Shown: piece after piece, positions 29,934 through 39,545 of the stretch
Layout of the letters: each line of letters opens with the position of its first letter
How positions within the stretch are numbered: position 1 is the stretch's first letter
Translations under genes and position numbers: made by a program
NCBI RefSeq assembly: GCF_019424165.1
Contig: NZ_JAHZAA010000007.1
Coordinates: 17,915 to 81,914 of the forward strand
Length of the DNA stretch: 64,000 nucleotides
Source of the DNA: Desulfovibrio sp.
Lineage (GTDB): Bacteria > Desulfobacterota > Desulfovibrionia > Desulfovibrionales > Desulfovibrionaceae
Direction: 5' to 3'
Notes under the pieces: generated by a model
Told to the model about the DNA's origin: nothing
The model's database searches: none
The model's input: the letters and a program-made list of their open reading frames with translations, nothing else

Positions 29934-30625
29934 TCCGGGGCAACATCCGGCCCCATTGCCGCCATTGCTCAGGCTCTCCTGAGGCAGACGCTTCAGGAGA
30001 GCCTGGCGCATCCCACTGCAAGCAGTCTGCTGACTGCCCTGCCCGAACAGCCGTGGCCTCAAATACCTGTACAGATGCCCGCATTGTGATTGGCATCATT
30101 GTCGCCAGAAGCTTGTGCGCACAACACGAATGTTGCATGGCAATATCATGAAAAACATGCACTACAGGTAAAACATAGCAGTTGTTTCGAGTAAAAATTG
30201 CAGTGCATGGCAATATTTTCTATTGTAATTATTTTATTATTGAAAACAACAGTGCACACGAAAATCCAAACCAACAACATAATAACCATAAATCAAAACC
30301 TTAAAATTAAGATAAAAATATCCTTACCATTATACTCACAGAAAAATAAATAAAACTAATACTATTTATGAATGCACTATAAATTTTTATCATAATTATT
30401 TTTACTATTTTGATGTAAAATAGCATTTTTTAACATTGCAGAATTCATTTATTTTTTAGTATTGCAATGTTTTATTTTCACTATACACCTTTTATGCTTC
30501 CTATTTTCAGCAAAGTTGATTTTGCGCTCTTGCCTTTTTTGTCACAATGTTTATAGTCAGAAAGGCTGATCAGACCGTGCGTCCAGCGCACCCTGCAACC
30601 AACAACCCCCTCCCGGGAGCTGTTC

Positions 30626-31552
30626 ATGAAATTGAGTGCCTTTCTGACCGCTGCGTTTTTTCTCTGCTGTTCCATCATGCTTGCCATGCCTGATTGCGCC
30701 GAAGCCGCCCGCATGGGCGGTGGACGTTCGTTCGGCAGCAAACCTTTTATGAGCACGCCCGCGCAAAAACCTGCCATGCGGCAGGATACGCCCAGCGCTG
30801 CGCGCCAGCCCTCGGCTCAGGCCCAAGCCGCGCCCCAGGCCCCTCGCGCGGGCATGTTCGGCGGCATGGGCGGCCTTTTCGGCGGCCTTCTGGCCGGTAC
30901 GCTGATCGGTTCCCTGCTGGGCGGCCACGGCTTTGCCGGCGGCGGCTTTATGGACATTATCCTTATCGGCCTGCTGGCTTTTCTGGGCCTCAAGCTTTTT
31001 GCCCGTTTCCGCAACCGGCAGGCTTCTGCAACGGCAGGGGCGCACGGGCAGCACGCCGACGGCTACAACGACCGTATGCAGGGCATGCAGCGTGAATCTG
31101 CCGGGGCCAACGGCTGGGACGTGTTGCGCGGCAATGGCCAGGGGGCGGCAGCCCATGCGGCCGCCGGACCCAATATTCCCATGCCCGAAGGATTTGATGC
31201 GGATGAATTTTTGCGCGGAGCCAAAATGGCGTATACCCGCCTGCAAAATTCCTGGGACAAGCGCGATATGGACGACATCGCCCAGTTCACCAGCGCTGCG
31301 GTACAGCACGCTGTTCGTGAACAGATGGATGCCGACCCCAGCCCGAGCAATACCGAAATATTGCTGGTGAACGCGCAGTTGCTTGGCGTGGAAAATGAAG
31401 GCAACGAGCAGTTTGCCCAGGTCTTCTTTGATGTGCTGCTGCGCGAAAGCCCGGACCAGCAGGCTCCGTCCACTGTTCGCGAAGTATGGCACTTCATGCG
31501 CCCAGTCCAGGGCGGCAGCTGGAAGCTGGACGGCATTCAGCAGGTAGAGTAG
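30626..31552 (+). CDS. Tim44-domain protein
   Basis: Signal peptide, ARMGGGRSFG, Gly-rich TM region, FDADEFLRGAK, REVWHF...WKLDGIQQ. Confidence 0.9.
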   Translation: MKLSAFLTAAFFLCCSIMLAMPDCAEAARMGGGRSFGSKPFMSTPAQKPAMRQDTPSAARQPSAQAQAAPQAPRAGMFGGMGGLFGGLLAGTLIGSLLGGHGFAGGGFMDIILIGLLAFLGLKLFARFRNRQASATAGAHGQHADGYNDRMQGMQRESAGANGWDVLRGNGQGAAAHAAAGPNIPMPEGFDADEFLRGAKMAYTRLQNSWDKRDMDDIAQFTSAAVQHAVREQMDADPSPSNTEILLVNAQLLGVENEGNEQFAQVFFDVLLRESPDQQAPSTVREVWHFMRPVQGGSWKLDGIQQVE

Positions 31553-31644
31553 AATAATCATACCGCACTGGCGGATACACGTTTGTAGACACTGTGCCGG
31601 AAGCCTTTGGCTTCCGGCTTGTTTTTGGCAACATTGGAGATTTT

Positions 31645-32040
31645 ATGAAAAACTATGTCGCAAAACACGACAAGCTCATGCAATACCTGCAAATGACCAT
31701 TGAAAGCGCCAGCCCTGAATTCGCCCGGGTGAGCATGCCCCTTACCGAAAACCACAGAAACGGTATGGGCTGCGCCCACGGTGGAGCTATCTTTGCTCTG
31801 GCGGACGTAGCCTTCGGGGCGGCAGCCAATGCGGGTAAAGATACGGGAGTGGTCAGCCTTTCCACCACCATCGAATTCCTGCGGCCCGGCAAAAGCGGCC
31901 CTCTGGTGGCTGAAGCCCACGTGGTACGCCGCGGGCAACGCATACAGAATTATGACATAAAGGTTTTCGACGGCTCCGGCGACCTTATCGCACAATGCAT
32001 GGCCGCAGGATACCAGACAGACATCCAGCTACCGGACTAG
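31645..32040 (+). CDS. PaaI-family hotdog thioesterase
   Basis: HRNGMGCAHGGAIFALADVAF motif. RBS GGAG. Confidence 0.88.
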   Translation: MKNYVAKHDKLMQYLQMTIESASPEFARVSMPLTENHRNGMGCAHGGAIFALADVAFGAAANAGKDTGVVSLSTTIEFLRPGKSGPLVAEAHVVRRGQRIQNYDIKVFDGSGDLIAQCMAAGYQTDIQLPD

Positions 32041-32081
32041 GAACAGCTTTTAACCAAACAAGTTTGCTCCAGGAACAATGA

Positions 32082-32145
32082 AAAGTGGGGTTTTGGCAAC
32101 AGGCGTTTACCTTTACGGTATTTGACTGAAGCCAAACCCCACTTT
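32082..32145. terminator. long inverted repeat between convergent genes, probable bidirectional terminator
   Basis: AAAGTGGGGTTTTGGC ... GCCAAACCCCACTTT. Confidence 0.6.
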
Positions 32146-32181
32146 GTCACAGATACAGGATAAAAAGACTACCTGGAGCCC

Positions 32182-33393
32182 CTAGGCCATGGGCCGCAAA
32201 GAGTTCATATAGATGCGGGCAACATGCTCGCGCGTGGCCTTTACTGGAGCCACGGAAAGCAGCAGGCCCAGGGATGGCGTCTGCTCCACCAGGTCGCAGA
32301 ACTTGTCCACATCAGCTTCGCTTACGCCCAGGTCCTGAAGCTTCTGGGTCACGCCCAGGCCAAAAAGCCACTGCTCCACTGCCTTGGCGGCCGCGTCAGC
32401 CTCTTCTGGCACACCTGCAAGGCCGGGCGCGATGGGTTCCAAAATATAGGCCAGCACACCAGCCCGTGCGGCGTAGCACTCCTTGATGACCGCTGGTAAC
32501 AGCACTGCCAGCCCCAGCCCGTGAGACAAATCCGGGCTTACGGCGCTCAGGGGGTGCTCAAGCGCGTGAGTAAAGTGCAACAGCCCGTTGTCAAAGGCCA
32601 CGCCAGCCTGAAGAGCGGCAAGGCTGAGTTCGTAGCGGGCTTTGAGATCGGTGGGATTTTCCAGAGCCTTGGGCAGCCAGCCATGTACAAGGCGGATGGT
32701 TTCTTTGGCCAGGTTCACGGCAAAGGGATTGGAAACCGTTGTGGTGGCGGCCTCCACCACATGATTGACCGCATCAATGGAAACATATCTGGTCTGATCT
32801 TCGGACAGACCGGTCATCAATGCCGGATCGTCAATGGCAAAGCGGGGATAGATGCAGTCGTAGGCAATGGCGGGCTTGTAGTTGAGCTTGGTGACTGTGG
32901 CTACGGCAAAACGGTTCACTTCGCTGCCTGTGCCGTGTGTCAGGTTGATGGCAATGATGGGCAAAGCCTTTTCCGGCGTAAAGCGGAAGCAGTAGATATC
33001 TTCGCCGGTCTTGCCGGGGTTGGCCAGCAGAATGGCCGCGCTCTTGCCACAGTCGATGGGGCTGCCGCCGCCTATGCAGATGACTGCGCCCGCGTTGATG
33101 GTGCGCCCCAGCTCGGCGGCTTCGTCCACGCTGTCTGTTGTGGGGTTGGGGGTAACGCGGTTATACAGCGCCAGCGTGATGCCATGCTTTTTGGCCGCGG
33201 CCTCAACCTTGTCCCACGCTCCGGTCACCTTGTAAGAACGGCCGCCGCTGACACAGAGAATGGACGATATGCCTTCGTGCTTCATCTGGGCCAGAATATC
33301 GTCAATCTTGTTGATGGCACCCACGCCGAGATAAACCGTCGTCTTGACGCGTATTTCCTGAACAGTGTCATAATTGCAACTTTCATCCCACAT
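32182..33393 (-). CDS. iron-containing alcohol dehydrogenase
   Basis: PNPT, GGGSPID, GTGSE, DAVNH, HALEH, HGLG metal-ligand motifs. Confidence 0.93.
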   Translation of the reverse strand: MWDESCNYDTVQEIRVKTTVYLGVGAINKIDDILAQMKHEGISSILCVSGGRSYKVTGAWDKVEAAAKKHGITLALYNRVTPNPTTDSVDEAAELGRTINAGAVICIGGGSPIDCGKSAAILLANPGKTGEDIYCFRFTPEKALPIIAINLTHGTGSEVNRFAVATVTKLNYKPAIAYDCIYPRFAIDDPALMTGLSEDQTRYVSIDAVNHVVEAATTTVSNPFAVNLAKETIRLVHGWLPKALENPTDLKARYELSLAALQAGVAFDNGLLHFTHALEHPLSAVSPDLSHGLGLAVLLPAVIKECYAARAGVLAYILEPIAPGLAGVPEEADAAAKAVEQWLFGLGVTQKLQDLGVSEADVDKFCDLVEQTPSLGLLLSVAPVKATREHVARIYMNSLRPMA

Positions 33394-33449
33394 GATAACC
33401 TCCTAGGGTATCAGCATTTCCTGTGGCGGCCGTAATGCTGCCGCAGGAT

Positions 33450-33467
33450 TTGTTATTTTTTTCACAT
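33450..33467. promoter_or_regulatory. Rex-like operator upstream of Fe-ADH
   Basis: Minus strand ATGTGAAAAAAATAACAA matches 11/14 positions of TTGTGAA-N4-TTCACAA. Confidence 0.5.
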
Positions 33468-33743
33468 ATTTTTATACTCCCAATCTGAACGGGAGTAAAC
33501 TTCATTGAGCACACAATCATATTTTTTTACTGCACGCCTGCCTGCTTTCCCAGCATGGCAGTGGCCGCGCTGCGTCGAAAAATCAGCCCACCCATGCCGG
33601 GCGCGCATCACGCCGTTGCTACAAGCCCTGTTCCAGGTACTTGTGCCGCGCCGCGGCACTTCCATTTTACCCCTGTCCGGCCTACTGTGGCGGCACTGAC
33701 ACTACCGCCACAGCAGGCTGTAAAAAAGACAAAGGAGAACGCC

Positions 33744-34010
33744 ATGGCAAGCGGTTGGACCGGTGACGGTGCGGTACAGGACCAGATTCAGGACTCCATC
33801 AACGATGAGGTTGCCCGCGCCCGGCGCAACCTGCCCAAAGGCGAAAGTCTGAGCCACTGTGAGGAATGCGGCGAAGAAATACCCCAGGCCCGGCGCGACG
33901 CCCTCCCCGGCGTACGCCTCTGCATCGTCTGCCAGCAGGAAGCCGACAAGGAGCAACAGGCCGTTTCTCTTTACAACCGGCGCGGCAGCAAGGACAGCCA
34001 ACTGCGGTAG
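33744..34010 (+). CDS. DksA/TraR C4-type zinc-finger protein (YbiI-like)
   Basis: MASGW..DGAVQDQI, CEECGEEIPQARRDALPGVRLCIVCQ, NRRGSKDSQLR. RBS AAGGAG. Confidence 0.9.
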   Translation: MASGWTGDGAVQDQIQDSINDEVARARRNLPKGESLSHCEECGEEIPQARRDALPGVRLCIVCQQEADKEQQAVSLYNRRGSKDSQLR

Positions 34011-34111
34011 ATGGTCTTTTGCGGCGGGCGGCGCATCCACCCGACGGCGCTTCAGGATTGAACCTCTCTAAAACGCTGACAGTTGCACGCCTTTGCGTTA
34101 CCGTACTGTGC

Positions 34112-35431
34112 ATGAAGCACTTTTTCAGCGATTTTTCCCAGATTCAGCGCCACCTTGACGGCCTGGGGCTTTTCCATATGGACATGGGCCTTGACCGTAT
34201 GCGGCGCGCCCTGTCCCATCTCGGCCTTACCCGCCCTCCTTTTGTGACGGTGCAGATTCTGGGTACCAACGGCAAAGGCTCCACCGCGGCCTTTCTTTCC
34301 GCTCTTTGCCAATCCCACGGGCTGCGCACGGGTCTGTACACCTCGCCGCACTTTGTCTGCCCCACGGAGCGCATCCGCATTGATGGCCGCCCCTGGCCGC
34401 AAGACCGGTGGCCTTCACAGGCAGATAAAATCATGAATGCCGTGCCGGAACTGACCTATTTTGAATTTCTTACGGTGCTGGCTCTGCTGGCTTTCAAAGA
34501 AGAACAGGTTGATGTGGCCATACTGGAAGCCGGGCTCGGCGGCAGCTACGATGCCACCACGGCCGTCAGCGCGGACCTGACCTGCTTTACCCCCATAGCT
34601 ATGGATCACAAGGATGTGCTCGGCGCAGACCTTGCCGCCATCGCAAAGGACAAGGCAGGGGCCATCCGCCGGAATGTGCCGGTCTGCGCAGCCAGGCAGT
34701 TTCCGCAGGCCGCCAGCGTGCTTGAAAATACCGCTGCCGCCTGCGAGGCTCCGCTCATCTGGGCCGATGCCCTTGAAGATCCTTTCGTGCCGGGGCTTGC
34801 AGGGCCTCACCAGCGTGACAATGCTGCTCTGGCCCTCACAGCATGGCGGCGGCTGGCTCCCATGCTGGGTAAAAATCCCGCTGATGCCGCGCTGCAACAG
34901 CAGGGCCTGGCCCGCGCTTTTGTACCCGGCCGTCTACAGGCCATTCCCGCCACAGACGGCCTGCCCCCCCTGCTGCTGGACGGCGCGCACAATCCGCATG
35001 GCATGGCCGCTCTGATCACCGCCCTGCGGCAAGCAGACGTGCGGCCCGCTGCCGCTGTTTTTTCCTGTCTGGGGGATAAAGACTGGCATTCCGTTGCGGG
35101 CATGCTCAAAAAAGCACTCGGGCATACGCCCGTTTTTATACCGGCCCTGCATAATCCCCGGGCCGCCGATGTGCGCGATATTGCCGCATTTTTCAATGCC
35201 ATTCCCCCGGCCACGGCCCTGGCCGTACCGGCCACGGCGGAATCCACGCAGGGTGCGTGCAACAGTCTTGCGCAGGCACTGGCCCAGGCCGCCGACTGCG
35301 CCCGGGCCGACGGCAACAACCGCCCGGTACTGGTCACAGGCTCGCTCTACCTGCTGGCCGAATTTTTCAGCCTTTTTCCCCGCCACCTTTTGCCCGCAGC
35401 CGACGCATACGGGAGACCCCCCCATGAATAA
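34112..35431 (+). CDS. folC: folylpolyglutamate/dihydrofolate synthase
   Basis: GTNGKGS, YTSPH, TYFE, LEAGLGG..DAT, DH, PGRLQ, DGAHN, VTGSLYL. Confidence 0.93.
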   Translation: MKHFFSDFSQIQRHLDGLGLFHMDMGLDRMRRALSHLGLTRPPFVTVQILGTNGKGSTAAFLSALCQSHGLRTGLYTSPHFVCPTERIRIDGRPWPQDRWPSQADKIMNAVPELTYFEFLTVLALLAFKEEQVDVAILEAGLGGSYDATTAVSADLTCFTPIAMDHKDVLGADLAAIAKDKAGAIRRNVPVCAARQFPQAASVLENTAAACEAPLIWADALEDPFVPGLAGPHQRDNAALALTAWRRLAPMLGKNPADAALQQQGLARAFVPGRLQAIPATDGLPPLLLDGAHNPHGMAALITALRQADVRPAAAVFSCLGDKDWHSVAGMLKKALGHTPVFIPALHNPRAADVRDIAAFFNAIPPATALAVPATAESTQGACNSLAQALAQAADCARADGNNRPVLVTGSLYLLAEFFSLFPRHLLPAADAYGRPPHE

Positions 35432-36851
35432 TCTCTTCCGCTCCATTCCCGCGGTGGATCTGTGCCTTACGGCCCTCGGCCAGACCGACCCTACCCTGGT
35501 GGAAGCCCCACGCGGCCTGATGCGCGACCTTATAACAGAATTCTGGGACAAAAAGCGCCACGAAATACGCGAAGGGCATTACAAAAAAACCGAACAACTG
35601 ACCCTTGACGCCTGCCTGCCCGAACTCATGACACATGTACGTACAGGCCTGCGCAGCCGCTTCCGGGCGGCGCTCAACGCTACCGGCGTGGTGGTGCATA
35701 CCAATATGGGGCGCTCCGTGCTTGCCAAAGAAGCGCGTGAAGCGGTCATTACCGCCGCCACCGGCTATTGCAATCTGGAGCTGGACATGCAAAGCGGCGG
35801 CCGGGGCAGCCGCCACGCCCTGGTTGAAGACCTGCTGTGCCGCCTGACCGGTGCGGAGGCCGCCCTTGTGGTCAACAATAACGCCGCTGCCGTGCTTCTG
35901 GTGCTGGACACCTTCTGCAAAGGCGGCGAAGTGGTTGTTTCACGCGGCGAACTGGTGGAAATCGGCGGCAGCTTCCGCATCCCCGAAGTGATGGAAAAAA
36001 GCGGAGCCATGTTGCGCGAGGTGGGAGCTACCAACCGCACCCACCTACACGACTACAGCGCGGCCATAAACGAAAACACCCGCGCCCTCATGCGGGTGCA
36101 CACGTCAAACTACCGCATTGTGGGCTTTCATTCCGCCGTGCCGCTGCCCGAACTGGCAACGTTGGCGCGACGGCATGATCTGCCCCTTATTGAAGACCTT
36201 GGCAGCGGCAGCCTGACAGACTTTTCTTCCTGCGGGCTGCCCGATGAGCCAACCGTCCCCTCGGTGCTGGCACAAGGGGCAGACATCGCCACATTTTCCG
36301 GCGACAAGGTGCTTGGTGGCCCGCAGGCGGGCATTATCGCAGGGCGTAAGGACATGATCGACACACTCAAGCGCAATCCGCTCACCCGCGCCCTGCGCTG
36401 CGACAAACTCTGCCTGGCCGCACTTGAGGCCACACTGCGCCTCTATCTTGACCCTGAAAAAGCCCGTCAAAAAATTCCCACCCTGCGCATGATCTGCCGC
36501 CCGGCCGAAGAACTGGCCCGCGCGGCCCGCGCCTTGGCCGCAGCGCTGCGCAAGGGATTTGCCGACCCGTCGACACCCTGCCTTGTAAGCCTGCGGCCCG
36601 ATGTTTCGCGCGTGGGCGGCGGGGCGTTTCCGCAGTACGACCTGCCGACGACACTTGTGTGCCTCAAGCCTGAAAATTGCAGTGCAACAGCTCTCAAGGC
36701 GGCCCTTCTGCGTACAGACCCGCCCCTCATAGGACGGCTGGAAGACGACTGCTTCTGCCTTGACCCGCGCACCCTGACCGCCGAGGACAGACCCGCGCTG
36801 CTGCGCGTGCTGCGCGAGGCTCTGGCTTTGGCCGCAAAAGAGATTATATAG
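35424..36851 (+). CDS. selA: L-seryl-tRNA(Sec) selenium transferase
   Basis: NATGVVVHTNMGR, VNNNAAA, SRGELVEIGGSFRIP, SGDKVLGGPQAG (PLP lysine). Overlaps the folC stop. Confidence 0.96.
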   Translation: MNNLFRSIPAVDLCLTALGQTDPTLVEAPRGLMRDLITEFWDKKRHEIREGHYKKTEQLTLDACLPELMTHVRTGLRSRFRAALNATGVVVHTNMGRSVLAKEAREAVITAATGYCNLELDMQSGGRGSRHALVEDLLCRLTGAEAALVVNNNAAAVLLVLDTFCKGGEVVVSRGELVEIGGSFRIPEVMEKSGAMLREVGATNRTHLHDYSAAINENTRALMRVHTSNYRIVGFHSAVPLPELATLARRHDLPLIEDLGSGSLTDFSSCGLPDEPTVPSVLAQGADIATFSGDKVLGGPQAGIIAGRKDMIDTLKRNPLTRALRCDKLCLAALEATLRLYLDPEKARQKIPTLRMICRPAEELARAARALAAALRKGFADPSTPCLVSLRPDVSRVGGGAFPQYDLPTTLVCLKPENCSATALKAALLRTDPPLIGRLEDDCFCLDPRTLTAEDRPALLRVLREALALAAKEII

Positions 36852-36911
36852 GCGGTACTGACCGCAAAAATGACAGGCCTGCCGCCCAGGCAGACCGTAA
36901 AGGAAAACAGC

Positions 36912-38303
36912 ATGGAAAAGACTCTGGCCTACAAACCCCAAAACGCCTGGGAAGGCGCGGATGCCAAGACGCGCAAAGAAATGGAAGCCCTGGCTGTCCG
37001 CTATATGGATTTTCTTACGCATTGCAAAACCGAGCGAGAAACCGTGAACTATGTACGCCAGCGCCTGGCGGAACACGGCTATACTGAAGACTTCACTGCT
37101 GACCGCGTCATGCGGCCCATGCGCGGCAAAGCCATTTTTGCGGCAAGGCGCGGCACGCTGCCGCTGGAACAGGGCCTTGCCCTCATTGCCGCCCACACCG
37201 ACACACCGCGTCTGGACTTCAAACAGCGCCCGCTCATTGAACAGCCCGGCGTTGCCCAGGCAAAAACGCACTATTACGGTGGCATACGCAAGTATCAGTG
37301 GCTGGCGCGCCCTCTGGCGCTGCATGGCGTGGTGGTACGCGGCGACGGCTCTGTCATTGAGGTTACCATTGGCGAAAAAGCCGGGGAACCTGTGTTCTGC
37401 ATTGCCGACCTGCTGCCCCATCTGGCCCAGAAGCAGGTTACCCAGACCGTCAGCGATGCGTTTGAAGCCGAAAAGCTCAATATCATTCTTGGGCACAGCC
37501 CCAAGGCCGCAGGCAAAGGCAAAAAAGAAGACGCCCCCAAAGAACCGGTAAAGGCGCAGCTTCTGGAAATCCTGAACAAAAAATACGGCATTACCGAAGA
37601 AGACCTGATCACAGCCGAACTTCAGGCCGTTCCCGCTGGCCCGGCCCGCTTTGTGGGCTTTGACAAGGCCCTGGTGGGCGGCTACGGGCAGGATGACCGC
37701 ATCTGCGTGTTCACGGCTCTTGAAGCTCTGCTGGAGGCCGAAGCCACAGGCCGGAGTATGGCCGTCATTTTCTGGGACAAGGAAGAAATCGGTTCGGACG
37801 GGGCCACCGGCGCGGCCTCGCGCTTTTTGCAGTACTGCGTGGAGGATCTGGCCCGCGTCTGGGCGCCGGACTTACCGGCATCCCGTGTTTTTATGGAAAC
37901 CCGCGCCCTGTCCGCCGACGTGCAGGCAGCCCTGGACCCCGATTTTCAGGAAGTGCACGAAAAGCAGAACGCCGCCCAGATGGGTTACGGCCCCTGCTTT
38001 TCCAAGTTCACAGGCTCGCGCGGCAAATATGGAGCCAGCGAGGCCGATGCGGAATTTTTCGGCGCGCTGCGCACTCTTTATAACAGTAAAAACATCCCCT
38101 GGCAGGCGGCGGAGCTGGGCCGCGTGGACCACGGCGGCGGCGGCACGGTGGCTCTTTTTCTGGCCGCCTACGGCATGCATGTCATTGACCTCGGCCCTGC
38201 GGTCCTGTCCATGCACAGCCCCTTTGAGCTGGCAAGCTGCGCCGACCTGCACACCACGGTGCGGGCCTACCGGACCTTTTTTGAATCAGCCATCCAGGTG
38301 TAG
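36912..38303 (+). CDS. M18-family aminopeptidase
   Basis: KTERE, AHTDTPRLD, HYYGGIRKYQW, GQDDR, DKEEIGS, SMHSPFE. Confidence 0.92.
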   Translation: MEKTLAYKPQNAWEGADAKTRKEMEALAVRYMDFLTHCKTERETVNYVRQRLAEHGYTEDFTADRVMRPMRGKAIFAARRGTLPLEQGLALIAAHTDTPRLDFKQRPLIEQPGVAQAKTHYYGGIRKYQWLARPLALHGVVVRGDGSVIEVTIGEKAGEPVFCIADLLPHLAQKQVTQTVSDAFEAEKLNIILGHSPKAAGKGKKEDAPKEPVKAQLLEILNKKYGITEEDLITAELQAVPAGPARFVGFDKALVGGYGQDDRICVFTALEALLEAEATGRSMAVIFWDKEEIGSDGATGAASRFLQYCVEDLARVWAPDLPASRVFMETRALSADVQAALDPDFQEVHEKQNAAQMGYGPCFSKFTGSRGKYGASEADAEFFGALRTLYNSKNIPWQAAELGRVDHGGGGTVALFLAAYGMHVIDLGPAVLSMHSPFELASCADLHTTVRAYRTFFESAIQV

Positions 38304-38560
38304 GGCGGTTTCGCCGTAAAGCGCCCTCACCCGACGCCGGGCGTACCCATGCGCGCCGGGCAGATCCGCCCTCGCAAGGTCCGGCGTCATCGCTCCACTT
38401 TTTGCACCGCCGGAGCATTTCAGCAGCAAATGCTCCGGCGCTATACAACGCAGTCGCATGGCGAGCACATCCAGCGCTCAGCGCTGGCCGCCCTTGCGGC
38501 CTTCACGGGTACACACCGCCGCGCGAAGCCATCCCCTCCCCCCAACCTGCCAGGAAAAAT

Positions 38561-39313
38561 ATGACGACAACAGACAGTCACAGAGTACACCTGCTCAACA
38601 GCGGGCAGGCCGCCTCAAGCAATCTGGGCGAAGCCCTTGCCGTGGACTTTGCCGCCCTCATGGCGGCGGCCCTGCCGTCCGTCCCCGCAGAGGGAGTGGC
38701 AGCCCTGCAAAAAATGGCAGCCCAAGGCATTTCCAAGCGCATGCGCCTGGCTGCGGATCTGGTATATGCAACCCTTGGGCCGGACGCCCTGGATCAGGTC
38801 ACAACGCACACTTCAGACACCGTGCGCGGCTGGGGCTGCTTCGCCCAGGCGCTTATTCCGGGCCTGAGCATAGAAGAACGGCTTGAAAACATGCGTCCCC
38901 TGGCCGACGACGGTCATTTTGGCGTGCGGGAATGGGCATGGATGGCCTTGCGCCCGCATATTACAGAGCATCTTGAACCTGCCGTGGCGCACCTTGTTCA
39001 GTGGACCACCGATCCCTCGGAACGGGTGCGCCGCTTTGCCTGCGAAAGCATACGTCCGCGCGGGGTCTGGTGCAGTCATATGGAAAAGCTCAAACAGGCC
39101 CCGGCCCTTGCCCTGCCCGTGCTGGAGCCGTTGCACGCAGACCCGGCAGTTTACGTGCAGGACAGCGTGGGCAACTGGCTCAACGATGCAGCCAAATCGC
39201 AGCCCGCATGGGTGCAGGACGTCTGCGCCCGCTGGCTGGCCCAAAGCCCCTGCAAGGCTACAGCGCGCATCTGCAAGCGCGCACAGCGCAGCATTAAAAC
39301 ATCTTCACGTTGA
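38561..39313 (+). CDS. DNA alkylation repair enzyme (AlkC/AlkD HEAT-like family)
   Basis: HFGVREWAW, SERVRRFACESIRPRGVW, YVQDSVGNWLNDAAK. Confidence 0.82.
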   Translation: MTTTDSHRVHLLNSGQAASSNLGEALAVDFAALMAAALPSVPAEGVAALQKMAAQGISKRMRLAADLVYATLGPDALDQVTTHTSDTVRGWGCFAQALIPGLSIEERLENMRPLADDGHFGVREWAWMALRPHITEHLEPAVAHLVQWTTDPSERVRRFACESIRPRGVWCSHMEKLKQAPALALPVLEPLHADPAVYVQDSVGNWLNDAAKSQPAWVQDVCARWLAQSPCKATARICKRAQRSIKTSSR

Positions 39314-39445
39314 AAATGGCTCTGGCGGCTGCGTGAGCAGATGCCCACCGTAAAGGCGCAAGCGTAAGTTATTTGCGCTGTTAGCGCCGAATCTGACGTA
39401 TATCAACCATTGAAACTATATGTTCTCAAAAGCAAGCTGCTTTAA
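39294..39445. mobile_element. 152-bp diverged MITE-like element, copy 2
   Basis: Ends TTAAAACA...TGCTTTAA (7/8 inverted). The right 42 bp align with the right end of 159-310, and the length is the same. Contains the stop codon of the upstream gene. Confidence 0.5.
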
Positions 39446-39545
39446 AGACACAGCCATAAAAAAGGCGCACACCATAGTGCGCGCCGTGAAGTTTTGAGAA
39501 CATATATCGTTAGCAAAAAAATGCTCTTATACATGCCCTCAAATA

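Noticed and set aside
30130..30560. Replication origin in the AT-rich patch
   Set aside because: No TTATCCACA-type DnaA boxes and no oriC-linked genes.
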